A stretch of DNA of 55,470 bases, taken from positions 1 to 55,470 of the forward strand of contig NW_021834164.1 in assembly GCF_006345805.1 (NCBI RefSeq), read 5' to 3'. The DNA is from Octopus sinensis (Eukaryota). The notes under the pieces are model-generated. The model made no database searches and was not told where the DNA came from. It saw only the letters and a list, made by a program, of their open reading frames with translations. Position numbers and translations under genes: made by a program. This document shows positions 25,961 through 38,168 of the stretch, one piece after another. Within the stretch, counting starts at the first letter, position 1; each line of letters starts with the position of its first letter.

Positions 25961-27583
25961 ATTTTCCTTTTGATGCTTTTAAAATATGAAAATTTCTTTG
26001 ACAGTCATTGACCAAAACAAAACGAAGATCTTCGTCAGTAAAGGAATTTGTCTGGGGTCATCAAAGTTTGAAGTTACTCTTTTTAGTTTTATAAAGTCAC
26101 TAAAAGTCTTACGTTTTCTCAATTTATAGAAAACTAACACTTTTATAAATGAGTTTATTGCTACACATTAAATGTTAAACTAAATTTTCTCCAGCTGGTC
26201 TATATAAACAGTAACCTACAGCTTTGGACAGCTTTATTATTTTGTTGTGTATTTACATTGCATATAATGTGTGAATAGCATTTCTCCCCAGTTATCCAAG
26301 AAAAAAATCAGAAACTTATGTTATCAATTTATTTGGAATAATTTTGTACAAAGTTTGATGCAAAATAATTTTGTTGTGTCTGGGGAGAGTCATTCTCTTT
26401 TAGTGCCTTATTATTTAACACACTCAACGGTAAAATTTCGTTTTGCTTTAATAGTAATTATCAATTTCTGAATAAAGTTTATTTTTATCTAATTTAAATA
26501 TCTTGATTATTTAATTTAAAAACAATCAGGTTTGTTCACTTCTATCACAAAAGAATCCAATAAAAAGTGGAGAATACTTATGAGTCTTCCTTTCCAATTC
26601 CACAAAAGTCTGCTCGGTAGAGCTTCCTGTCACATCCTATAATGTACATAAAGGTCTCATGTGTTTTACTTATTTAATCTTGGTCTCTGCTGTAAGAACT
26701 TGAAATCTAATTTCAAATTAAAATAACATGTAATAACAGTGGAGTAATATGAAGGTAAATATTGTAGGGAAGAATTGTACTCTTCCTTTATCTGAAGTTA
26801 CTTAAAAAGAGGGAGACACTGTGGCTTTTCCACAATCACATGCAATTAAAACAACAAATGTTGTGTCATTATTTTATTATCTCACAATTTTTCAGCACAG
26901 CTATTGTTTAATTTTATTTTTTGATTTATTTTCATATGTATAATAGTGAAGTTTTATTTTTACTGACGAAAATTGCAGTCATTAGTAAATAACGAAGGTC
27001 ATAAAGTAAGAATATAAAATAAAAATTGTATATTGCACTCAAAACCCCGTGAATTTTATTCAACCACCGCCACTTTGGAGAGGCCTGTCATAAACCACAA
27101 CAGGACAAGGTGAGATATATCCTTAGATACATCATGTATTATATAGAAATACTATCTCTATAGGATATATAAAGGGAAAAGACATCAATATATATACCAG
27201 GCATTCTACTCTCAGCTAAAAATGAAGGTAGATAACTATCAATATAGGAGAAGATATTAAAGCTGTCTATATAACAATATAGGGATGGGATTAGATATAC
27301 AACAGCAACAACAATAAATGAACATTTCAAAGTTTGTCTTTATTTTAAAAGTGAATTTTTAACAAAGGAGCAAAACCAGTGATGGGATCACAATGTGATT
27401 GATATACCTGCTAGAATTAGTAGCTAAATTCACACGATATCACTGTACAGAAGGGCATATTGGACGAGGTGGTTGTGGGTTCTCTTTGGAAATAGGCATG
27501 ATGGTCCTGGCTGGAATGCGTTTGATCAAAAGACTCTGTTTGGTCAAGGTTAATCTGAAGCTAAACAACAGTTACATGGAAAT

Positions 27584-27783
27584 TCACTTTGCGTCTAATG
27601 ACAGACATTCCATCGCAGTGAAACATTCAGCTTCTTCAAGAGCTGCACTTAATGTTGCGTGTGTCCGTGTTTCTGGGTCGCAATTTCTGAACCATTCATG
27701 AAGCATCAGGTAGCCTTGTTTTACAGTGTCAATAGACTCATCATCAATTTTCAGTTCAGTTGTATCAACTCCTGAAAAGATCG
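27584..27783 (-). CDS. Terminal exon, Death domain C-terminal part
   Basis: TCTTTTGCAG| acceptor, phase 1; (A)IFSGVDTTELKIDDESIDTVKQGYLMLHEWFRNCDPETRTHATLSAALEEAECFTAMECLSLDAK-stop. Death-fold pattern ML..W....T...L..AL. Confidence 0.82.
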
Positions 27784-28295
27784 CTGCAAAAGACACAACA
27801 ATAAGAAATAAATGCAACAACATTGACAATAATATAAAACGCTGTGTACAATCTAAATTGGAATTATCAGCTTCCAACACAATAACCCAATAAATAATGG
27901 CTGCAAGAAGAACCAAACTCAAAGTCTTCTGTTTGAAGAAAGATGCTTTGTTTTAGATGTTAACTTTGGTACTTGTCCTTCATTGCAATAACCTAACAGT
28001 GAACCTAAAGAAAATGTAAAACAAATTCACTCATCTGTTTACCCTTAAACAATATATTTTAGTTCCCTCTTCCAAAAGATAATATTAAACGCCATTTCTA
28101 TTTTCTAGTTTATCCATTATTACTAACCATGCTAACCTTAGTGGATATTTTATGAAATATCAGGAATATCGTAAATAAAATTGTCATACAGGTAACCTAT
28201 CAATGGGAAATGAGGAATGTAACTTGTTCTCATTCATTCTGACAAATAAAATTGATGAGGTGAAAGTAAAATATATAGAAATCAAATATACTCAC

Positions 28296-28367
28296 CCACT
28301 TGCCACCAATCACGTCCTAACCTCTTAGCCACTCTCAGAAGATCCCTCTCCTTCAGAACTGGACTCT
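28296..28367 (-). CDS. Death domain N-terminal exon
   Basis: TATTTATTTCAG| ... |GTGAGT, 72 nt, phase 1-1; ESPVLKERDLLRVAKRLGRDWWQV matches the L..VA..LG.DW start of Death domains and joins in frame to 27783. Confidence 0.85.
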
Positions 28368-29249
28368 CTGAAATAAATATTTCCAAGTTATATAATTGAT
28401 TGTAAAACTTATTTATCTCTATAAATATTCTGTAGTTTATTGTTGTGGGACATTGTTATCAACAGTGGTTGGCTGGTGACCACTAGGGTTTTGCTCAGTA
28501 TTTTTATACTTTCCATTGTGGGACCATGTAATAGCTCAATATTTAGGCCCGCAACAAAATAGACTAACTTTCCAAAACTTTGTTTCTTTTTAACAGAGAC
28601 ATCCTACATAATCTAAAAATGTTGCAATTATTTCATTTAATTATCATTTCATGAGACTGTTTCTTCTCATAGTTCTCTCTCTCCTTTGATATATCTCTAC
28701 CAAATCTATGACATGCGACTGTCCTCTGAACTCTAGACTTCACTAACCACCATTCTCCTCATCTTCTGCTAAAGTCCAATATCATCCAATGTGGTCTCCA
28801 AAGATCTCGTCACAAATGCATGACACACCACTTCAAGTAAAATAAACATAATACCAGTTCTCTTTGCTGTTGGAAAATCTTGAATTTTATCATCCTACAT
28901 CCCAGATCACCTGGTCATTATCTGGTGCAGGGAATATTTTAAGACTCCTTAATAAAGGTGAGCAATGATCAGTTCTCCACAGATGAAACAAAAAGTGATA
29001 TCAGGTGTCCTAAAACACTGTACACTTGTACAAAATCCCATTAACTACATACAACTGGACATCTACACATTATTGCAGTGAAGACATCTGAAATGGTACA
29101 AAAGGACTGATACTCAAAAATATATAAGAAAGACGGGAATACAAAGTGCGAGCTCCAAATCTTTTATTTTCCAGAATGTTTGGCATATTTATTTCTTTTA
29201 ACCCATCTTCGTTCTGTGACGTGATCTCAATGCCTTTACTATTATTGCA

Positions 29250-30200
29250 AAATTAGGTAGTTTACCATCGTCGTAATAGTTTTTCAAGTTTCCCTTTAAA
29301 CTTCATCAGGGTTTCTCCTGCTATTTTGACCTTCACTTGTTTCTGCTGACCTTTCACAAATGACGGGCTTCATTACCCATTTGCATTGAAGCACATTCTT
29401 CACCAAGTTCCTCAGTCTACCCAGTTAATCCAGAACTATTTGCATATCCTTTTATTTGTTGTTACTATTGTTATGTAATCCATTAATGTCTTCTGGAGTG
29501 TTTTCCTTTGAGCCATTTCTTATCAATCTGTTGATTTAAGTAACATCTCCATAACAATCACAAACCAAATGACTGATTTTGTAGAAACTACAGCAATTCC
29601 CGTTTCAAAATGATACCAGTCTGCCGTGAAAGTTTTCCTCATGAACTGCATATTGAAATTGTTATAGCAGCTCCTCATCAGATCCTTAATCTTTTCTCAT
29701 ATATAAAACAGGTCCACTGCTTCCATCAACAATTTGTTTGCTAGAGAACCATAAACCAGATCAAATCACACAACATTCAATCCCTTTTATTCTTCTTTCC
29801 GTCTTGTATCACATCCTAGATTTAAGACACATGTTCCACACAGCCAGGAATGCCAGAGGATTCCAGTCTTCAAGATACTTTTAGTCCCATATTCATTATT
29901 CTGTAGATTTACAGTTGATCTCTTTGTGAATACAACCTTGTAAATCTTGTCATTTATATTCAAGGTTGAAATTAGTCTGAACTAATCAATCGGTATTTGA
30001 TTGCTGGTTTCAATGGACATTTCAAACTGTCTATGAATGGGAATCATTGCTTTTGCTTTGGATCTCCTGCATATATCCATCCAGTTCATCTTTATTGTAT
30101 TTTAGCTTTGTTCTCAGTATCTGCAAACAGAATTTCCTTGTAGAAGTTAAAGAGGAACGTTTAATTTTGTTGACAACATGATCATTTTTCTAGTGCTTTT
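29250..30200 (-). mobile_element. Degenerate reverse transcriptase fragment, R2/Hero-like
   Basis: FRLISTLNINDKIYKVVFTKR, GIPGCVEH and KIKDLMRSCYNNFNMQF..WYHFETGIA..SVIWFVIVMEMLL across shifted frames. Confidence 0.65.
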
Positions 30201-30885
30201 GGAGCAAAATTGTGCCCAAGGACTTTTTAAAGCGGTTGATGTTAGGAAAGGCACATCACCATAGAAAAGCCGGAATGTGTTCCTCATCCAATCAAGGCGG
30301 ACAGTATTTGTTAATAAGAACTGACATGGATAGGAATCATCCATCCAATCGATCGGAGCATAGACATCAGATGATAAAGGATGAGGGTCATCAGTGTCTA
30401 TCTTGGAGAGAGAGAGAGAGGACGGTTGTCTCAACATCAAACCTAATACTTTTACATGGATAAAGACAATGTTTAGGGGATGTAATGATAAATTTATTAT
30501 CAGTGAAAACAAAAAGGCAGGGTGTTCACATAAGGAACACATTTCATTGTAAATCTGTCACATTATGAGAGATATTTGCCTAAATAGCAACAACAGCAAT
30601 AACCTATCAGTAAACTTAGTAACTACATATTTTAGTCCTCCATTTCAAAATACAGTATTAATTCTATTGTCTTCTAAATTATCCATTTTCCGAACCATGC
30701 CAACCCTGTTGACTATTTTGTGATATTCCATTGTTATCAAAATATCTAATAGAATTATTATACAGCTAATATTTCAGATGTAAATTAGGAATGGATCTTG
30801 TCCTCAGTCATTCTGATAAACTACAAATGCTCAGGTGAAGGTTAAATTTATAGAAATCCATGAGGTACTGTTATTTGCTACTCAC

Positions 30886-30933
30886 CAACTAGCTGTGATG
30901 TTGTTAAGGCATCCTTCACAGAAGTTGGAGTCT
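30886..30933 (-). pseudogene. Microexon paralog with inactivated acceptor
   Basis: Homologous context, but the acceptor reads TTTCAA| instead of TTTCAG|; donor GTGAGT intact; would encode xTPTSVKDALTTSQLV. Confidence 0.6.
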
Positions 30934-32965
30934 TTGAAATGAATATTTTCAAGTTTTACGTTTTATAGTATAATTTCATTATAGTTATTGATAATCAACA
31001 CTTTATTATTGTGGGAAGGGCATACAGCTGTAAAAACTAGTTCGTAGGGATGTGGTTGTGTACCCATGTAAAAGTTATGTTTACTTTGAGGGTAAGAAGG
31101 CGTAAAATATCAGATGAGGGTACAAGATAATGCTATGAAACTTTCAGACAGACAAGTTTAAGAGAGTTAATGAATGATAGCTGATTAATTATCATGTTAA
31201 TGCAGCATATAAACACTAACTATCAATATAGATTGTATAAAATCTGTGTGAAGAACATGTGACATTTGTTACAATTAATATGGTTGTGTCTCAGCACAGT
31301 TGATATTATGGTAGTTCCATGAGAAACCATAGAAAAATGTAACCATTTCCAGTACCGAATACTAATGATGAATTCTTTTCTTGGTCAGATAACAATGACC
31401 AGGTTGCATGATCTAATTTCAACAGAACAATCAAGTCGGAAGTAAAACCAAAATGTGGAAGACTGAAAACAGTGACTCTCTTACAATTGAAATCATCTCA
31501 AAGCCAACAATTGTCAGTATAACGATGTCTATATGGACAGTAAATGTTATTCAAACATCGTAACAAGCGATAATTATATATATATATAGTTAGAAAAGAG
31601 TTGTGAGTTCAAGTCACACTGGAATCTCATACGTTCATTCCTTTCCATGTATTGCATATGCTAGCATCAATGTCTTGTTCAAATGTGAACATATGTTCTC
31701 TGTTCAATATGAATGTTATCAAAATCACTGAACCGGTTTTCTCAATCAATATTATTATACTGAGCTAATATGTTATACCAGACAGGAAACTACTGTAACA
31801 ATCGAAGACAAAGAATTATGATGAGTTACTGGAAGACAGCATCATCGTCATCATCATCATCAACATTCAAAGTTTGTTTTCCATGCTGGAATGGGTTGGA
31901 AATCTTGACAGGATCTGACAAGCCAGACAACTGCACCAGGCCCCAGATGGTTTCTTTTGCATGGTTTTCTACTGTAGGATGCTCTTATTGATGCCAACCA
32001 CCTCACAGAGTGTACGTGGCCCCTTTTTATAAAGCGCAAGTACTGGCATATTTAGCCAAAAGACATGTAAGACAAAGACCCCACAGCCGAGAGAGGGGGT
32101 ATTGCAAATTTCTCTCCTCGCATCCTGATTCTTTTGTCACCAGAGTCCCTTCTCACCTCCTGAAAATGTCATCAGCTTCAGTGAACCAAAACATCATAGA
32201 ATAGTGAGGACCGTCTAATTATATAGAATGTAACACAACTTCATTACTATTTGTGCTATAATTAAATGCTCCCAGAACACACTAGGAAGTGGTTGGTGGA
32301 AACTAGGAAAGATGACACCACAAGTTTGAAAGGAATGTTTCATATTGTTGAGAAATTGATGATCATTTCTAATGCTTGTACGACAATAAAATATACCCAG
32401 GACCCTTTATAAAGTGGTTGGGGTTAGAAAGGGTCTACCACCTTAGAAAAGCTGCAATGTTTAAGTGAGATGTTTTCCTCAACAAATGACGGTTGGCAGT
32501 AATTTCAGATACAACTGACTTGGACAGTGATGACCCACCTAGTGTATGGGAGCATGGAGAGCAGATGAGAAAGGATGAGGATGATATCATTTATTGTATT
32601 GAAACTATTAACCAGCATCTTTCTTGAAAAGACGGAGAGAAAGAGCATGAGTGAGAGAGAGAGAATGAATGAGTACAATGAGATGACAAACAGGGCGAAT
32701 ATTCTCCTTAACGGGAGAGAACGGTTTCAGGGTTTATATTTAATTTTTGTATCTTTCTTTCTGCGAGTGAATGAGTAACAGATGTTTGCATAAAGTACAT
32801 TTATTGGATATTCATGTTGTTGTAGAAGAACAGAATTTCTTTATAGCTAAGCATTCAAATGAAATGTAGCAGTGGAACCTGTTCTCGGTCATTCTATTGA
32901 CCAAAATAGCTCAGTAAAAGCTAAAATTTATAGAAATCAATTATGTAATGTCATTCTATACTCAC

Positions 32966-33016
32966 CACGTGGCTCTTCCACTGTCTGGACCTCTTTGTCT
33001 TCAAATATTGGCCTTG
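32966..33016 (-). CDS. 51-nt linker microexon
   Basis: TATTTATTTCAG| ... |GTGAGT, phase 1-1; (T)RPIFEDKEVQTVEEPR. Confidence 0.72.
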
Positions 33017-33119
33017 CTGAAATAAATATTTCCAAGATTATACTTTATAGTAAAATTTCTTTAATGAACATCGATATTTTATAATTGTGAAATATTCTTA
33101 TAACCAATAGTCAAGATTA

Positions 33120-33700
33120 ACTGTCCCAAATGCCCCCACTCTGTAGGTAATGAAGGGCTTCTCCCTAAGAGTGGAAAGCAGATTGTATGAAACCTGTGTA
33201 CAGACAGATGTACAACACAATAATGAAAGATAGGCTGTGAAGATTGAAGACATGCAAAGGGTTGGAGATAAATGAAGCCAGCATGCTCCACTGGATGTAC
33301 AACATCAGTGTTCAGGTAAGTCACAGTGGAAATGTCTTAAGAGAAAATCTGGGTATAAGAGTCATCCGATGTAGAGTTCAACAGAGAGATCTTTCATAGT
33401 ATGGTTATGTGATGCATATGGATGGGGTGATCAGCATAAAGAGATGCGGATCTCTAAATGTGGAGAGAAGCTGTGGAAGAGGAAGACTGAGGAAGACATG
33501 GGACAAAGTGGTAAGAAATGATGTTCAGATGCTGAGCTTCACACGGGAAGATAACAAAAACGACTGAGACAATCAGCAATTTTCTGTGCTTGAAAAGACC
33601 CAACTGGCTAAGTAACATCGAGGCCATCATGGCATGTCCTTTCTGTGCATACCTTCCACCCTGAACACAATCTGTCCCCTAAAAAACATCCCCAGCAACC
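33120..33700 (+). mobile_element. Degenerate RTE LINE 3' fragment
   Basis: NEASMLHWMYNISV, GRGRLRKTWDKVVRND motifs with stops. Confidence 0.8.
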
Positions 33701-34841
33701 TTGAAACCATACACTCTTTCTCCACCATGATCTCTAACAAGGTGTAAAATGTTAAGTGAGGGTACAGGATGTTCCTATGACAAAATAAGTTTACATTTCA
33801 GACATACAAATGTAAGAGAGTTAATGAATTATAGCTTATTAATTATCATGATAATTGGGTATATATGTGATACAGTAGTACTGTGCTTGACGGTGCAATA
33901 CCAGATATCAATATAGATTGTATATAATCTGAGTACAGAACGTATAACCTTCATTACTATGAATATGATTGTGTCTCAGCAAACGAAGAAAGATATAACC
34001 AAGTCCACTGCCAAATACTAATGAATAATTTATTTCCTGGTCAAATAACAATGACTATCATTCATTAAATAATTTGAATGCAACAATCAAGACCAAAGGG
34101 TGAAACACTCAGAAAACTGTGCCTCTTTTAGCATTAATATCATCTAAAATCTAACAAGTGTGAGAAAAGAATGACTATATGGATAGTAAAGTTGTTCAAA
34201 CAATGTAATAAGTGTATATTATATATAGTTACAAACAGGATTTGTGAGATCAAGTCACACAGGGAACTCATATTTAATTCCTATCTTATATTTTATGTCA
34301 ACACCAATATTTTGTTTAAATGAAAACAGATGTTCACCGTTCAATACTAAATTTAATATTTAATCAACATTAATGATCATTATACTTATAATCTTAGAGA
34401 TTTGATTTTTAATTTCTTTAATTTATAACAAAGTTGTTCTGACCTGAGACATTCAGGGTACGTACCTAAACAACCTATCATGACAGACATCTGGCTACAT
34501 AACAACAACAACAACAATAACCTATCAGAAAACTTAGGAAAGACCTTAGTAGTAAAAGAAACAAAAACTTTCTCGTTAACTCACCTGTTTACAAATAAAC
34601 AACAAAATATTTTATTTCTCTGTCCTAAAGGACATCATTAACTCTATTGTGTCTGCTTATTTATCCATTTTACAAACCACGTTAACATCGATTAAAGGAA
34701 ATTTCAGTGGAATATTTAATAGAATCATTTTAGACCTAATCTTACAAATAGAAATTAAGAACGGAACTTGTTCTCGATCAGCCTGTCAAGCAAAATCACT
34801 CAGGCGAAGATAAATGTTATAGAAATCTATAAAGTACTGTT

Positions 34842-35152
34842 GTGGAGGCACAACGGCTCAGTGGTTAGGGCAGTGGACTCGCGGTTGTAGGATCGCGTTT
34901 CGATTCCCAGACCGGACGTTGTGGGTGTTTATTGAGTGAAAACTCCTAAAGTTCCACGAGGATCCGGCCGGGGGGTTGTAGCGATCCCTGCTGTTCACTT
35001 TCTCCACAACATTCTCTCACTCTTTCTTCTGTTGGCCTGCTCGCTTAGCCAGCGAGGTGGCATCATTTGAAGGCTAAAATAATGCGAAGTGCAGTGTAGC
35101 CAGCGATGTGTAGCAACATCTGATAGCCTGGTCGGTCACAGTAATAACGGTG
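34842..35152 (+). mobile_element. tRNA-derived SINE (same head as 8551, different body)
   Basis: GGCTCAGTGGTTAGGGCAGTGGACTCGCGG..TTTCGATTCCCAGACCGG; flanking direct repeat ATAA(A/G)GTACTGTT at ~34829 and ~35153. Confidence 0.7.
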
Positions 35153-35206
35153 ATAAGGTACTGTTAATTTATAGAAATCTATAAGGTACTTTTAACTTAT
35201 ACTCAC

Positions 35207-35257
35207 TAACTGCCCCTGCCATCATCTTGGCTTCTTTCTCTTTAAAATTTGGACTCC
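35207..35257 (-). CDS. 51-nt linker microexon
   Basis: CATATCTCAG| ... |GTGAGT, phase 1-1; (G)SPNFKEKEAKMMAGAV. Confidence 0.7.
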
Positions 35258-36576
35258 CTGAGATATGTGTTTTCAAGTTTTATACTTTATAGAAAAATCT
35301 TAATAATCTATATTATTGTGAGCCATTCCTATCATAAATGAACAACCGGTGACCATTATGGTTTTGGAAGACAGATTCAACGGTGTTACCATTTAATAGG
35401 TCAATATTTAGGTGCATAACAAAATAACCTTCTAACCTTCTTAACTCTTAAATCTCTAATCTTAAATCTCCGCTGCCTATTAAGACATCCTACATAATCT
35501 AACAATGACCAACTTCGATGACCAGCTTGGTTGACATTAGAATCAAGCAGAAGATAGGAAAATGTTGGTTTGGGAAGTCTAGAGGTGAGAGAACGACGCC
35601 ATGTCATAGATCTGGCACAGATATAAGAAACGAAAGAGAAAACGGAGAGATTAACAGTGATATCAATGGAAAATTAAATGAGAAGTTGTGTTCGAATCTG
35701 ATATTTCAAAAGCTGAATCGAAGTTCCAGCAGCAGAATTGGGTATTATCACCCTTACAAGACAGAACAAAATAGCCATTCGATAAAAGTAATTTAATGAT
35801 CAATATTCCAATACAGAGTTAATATTCAATTTTGTTTTATTTACTTTCTAGAGTATATATTCAAAGCTGAGACCTTCATTGTATATAACGCAAGAGATGA
35901 TATCTCATATCAAGCAATTATTTGAGATCTTTTATAAGATGATAAACCATTATGCATTTCCGGAGAACAACTTTATAAATATCCATGTCATTTTTTACAA
36001 GTTGCCAGTATTTACACCTACACAGAACAACTGATTTAACCGTCAGACTTTCTAATGTTGGTTCTCAAACTCTCAGCTGAGATTTTATGATTAAATATCT
36101 TACTTCAGCAAAGCTTGAAATGATGTTCTTGGGAATATCTTTGTCTTTAATCATCATCTTCCCTAGATACTGATAAATCATTAATCAACTTTGATGACTC
36201 ACAATCAATTGTTAGAAATTGGTGTTTACTGATATAAAAACGGATGTACTGATATTTCAGTGAGTTACTAGTAATATTGCTGTATCATTCATTAGTCTTA
36301 TGTTGCAGCATGATTCATTAGTCTTGTGCTACAGACAGGACCCTCTTGAAATGTGAAAAGTCTTCTATTTGGATAAAGACAATGTTTTGTGGATGTAGTG
36401 AGAGATACACTATCACAGAGAAATGACACTTGGAACATCTTTCAACATTAATCTGCCAGTTTATGGCAGATCTGGGTCTACACGACAATTCTGAAGCACA
36501 TTAAATACCATATATACATATTATATATCATAAAGTCAATGAGACAAACAGACAGATTATCAAATAGTTTTCTTAC

Positions 36577-36719
36577 CAAATTCTCTCACACCACTTATTG
36601 GCTGTTGACAAGTGGGGCATGATTCACACTTAATTCTGATATAACAATCACGACATAGGGCTATATGTTCACAGTGCTTGAATTCGGAAGAGGCATACAT
36701 CACTTGACAATATGTACAT
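36577..36719 (-). CDS. RING-HC (C3HC4, MIB/IAP-type) finger exon
   Basis: TTTTGTTCCACAG| ... |GTAAGA, phase 2-1; CTYCQVMYASSEFKHCEHIALCRDCYIRIKCESCPTCQQPISGVREF gives C-x2-C-x11-C-x-H-x3-C-x2-C-x8-C-x2-C. Confidence 0.85.
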
Positions 36720-37097
36720 CTGTGGAACAAAATACAAACACATCCCGACAATAATTTTCATTTATAATAAGGATTACATTGTGTACCTGTTCAGAATAGA
36801 GAATATTACGAGACATTACAATGATGAGTAAGACTACATTAGAAAGAGATTTCTTTTAACAATTACATTCAAACAGATTTGTGTGTGTATGAACAGAGCA
36901 CACATGCAAACGCGTATATATTTAATTATACACATATTGATAAATATATGATTGACTCTGACACATGTCTAAAATCGCAAGAACACAATGGGATACATAT
37001 ATTGAAGAAATATACTTCAATTCTAGCATAGACTCCATTTCTTCTGAATAAACACATGAATGAACACAAGTTCATTTGTGTAATTACACTTTCTTAA

Positions 37098-38168
37098 CCC
37101 TTTCGTTACCAAACCGCCAAAGCCGCCCGAAAAAATTTTGGTTATGGACCAAACCACCCAAACCGCCCGAATTTACCTATTCATATTTAAATGAGAATAT
37201 CAGAGAATCTCTTTAGTACATTCGTGAAAACACGTATTATACTTCGTAAACAGTTCAACTACAGTTTTGTACAATAATCGAAGTGTAATTTTAATCCCTG
37301 AATTTGAGAGATTTTTTTCCGAAATTTGTTCCTTTGTGTTTTCAAAATTTGTAATTCTGACAAAAAATGGATACGAATTTCATTATATCAAGCAGCGAGT
37401 CAGAATTTGAAGGATTTTCTACTGAAGACCTTCATAAATCTAACTCTATGACTGAAAAAAAAAAAAGCACATGGTATTGATAATGAATCTGATGTTTCAT
37501 TTTCCGAAAGTGAAAACAGTGAATTCGAGAGCTCCGACAGCGATAAAGAAAACGATTGGCACCTGAATGGAGTGAAAATTTAAAAAACTGTTTCTTCGAT
37601 GATTTTTCTGAAGAAACTGGACCAAGCCACACAGACTTTCCCAGAGGAGTAAAGCCTTAGACTATTTCTTTCTACTTTTTCGAATGAGCCTATTTGAAAT
37701 CATTACGGCGAAAACGAACCGTTACGCTAAACGTAACAAGCGAAAGAAACGATAGTTTGTGGTTTCCCATAACCTTAAATGAAATTAAGACTATTTTGCC
37801 GTAAATATTATTAGTGTATCAGAAAGTTACCCAGAATAACAAATTCTATCGTAAAATTTTGTTGTATACCCAATTGAATATTAGCAATAAAACCATTTTC
37901 TATAGCGATGTTTGAACAAAATTTTAATAATTTTATTATTGTTGAATTTACTGTATCTACCTGCAATTAGAGTCACTTTGTGACAAAAATTATAGTATAG
38001 AATTGGTTGAGAATATTTCATTAAATTATCTTCCAAAAATCGATTAATATATTGATAATAAAAAAGTTATAGTGTTTAATGAAACCAGACTAAATTTATG
38101 ATTACGTTAGAAATAATTGAAACACATAATAAGGGGTGTATGTTGGTCAGAAATATAGTAAGAAAGGG
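37098..38168 (+). mobile_element. Internally deleted piggyBac-like DNA transposon
   Basis: TTAA at 37094-37097 and 38169-38172; ends CCCTTTCGTTAC / GTAAGAAAGGG; degenerate PGBD4-like N-terminus (acidic stretch, ALDYFLLLF..LFEIITAKTNRYAK, WFPITLNEIK). Confidence 0.85.
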
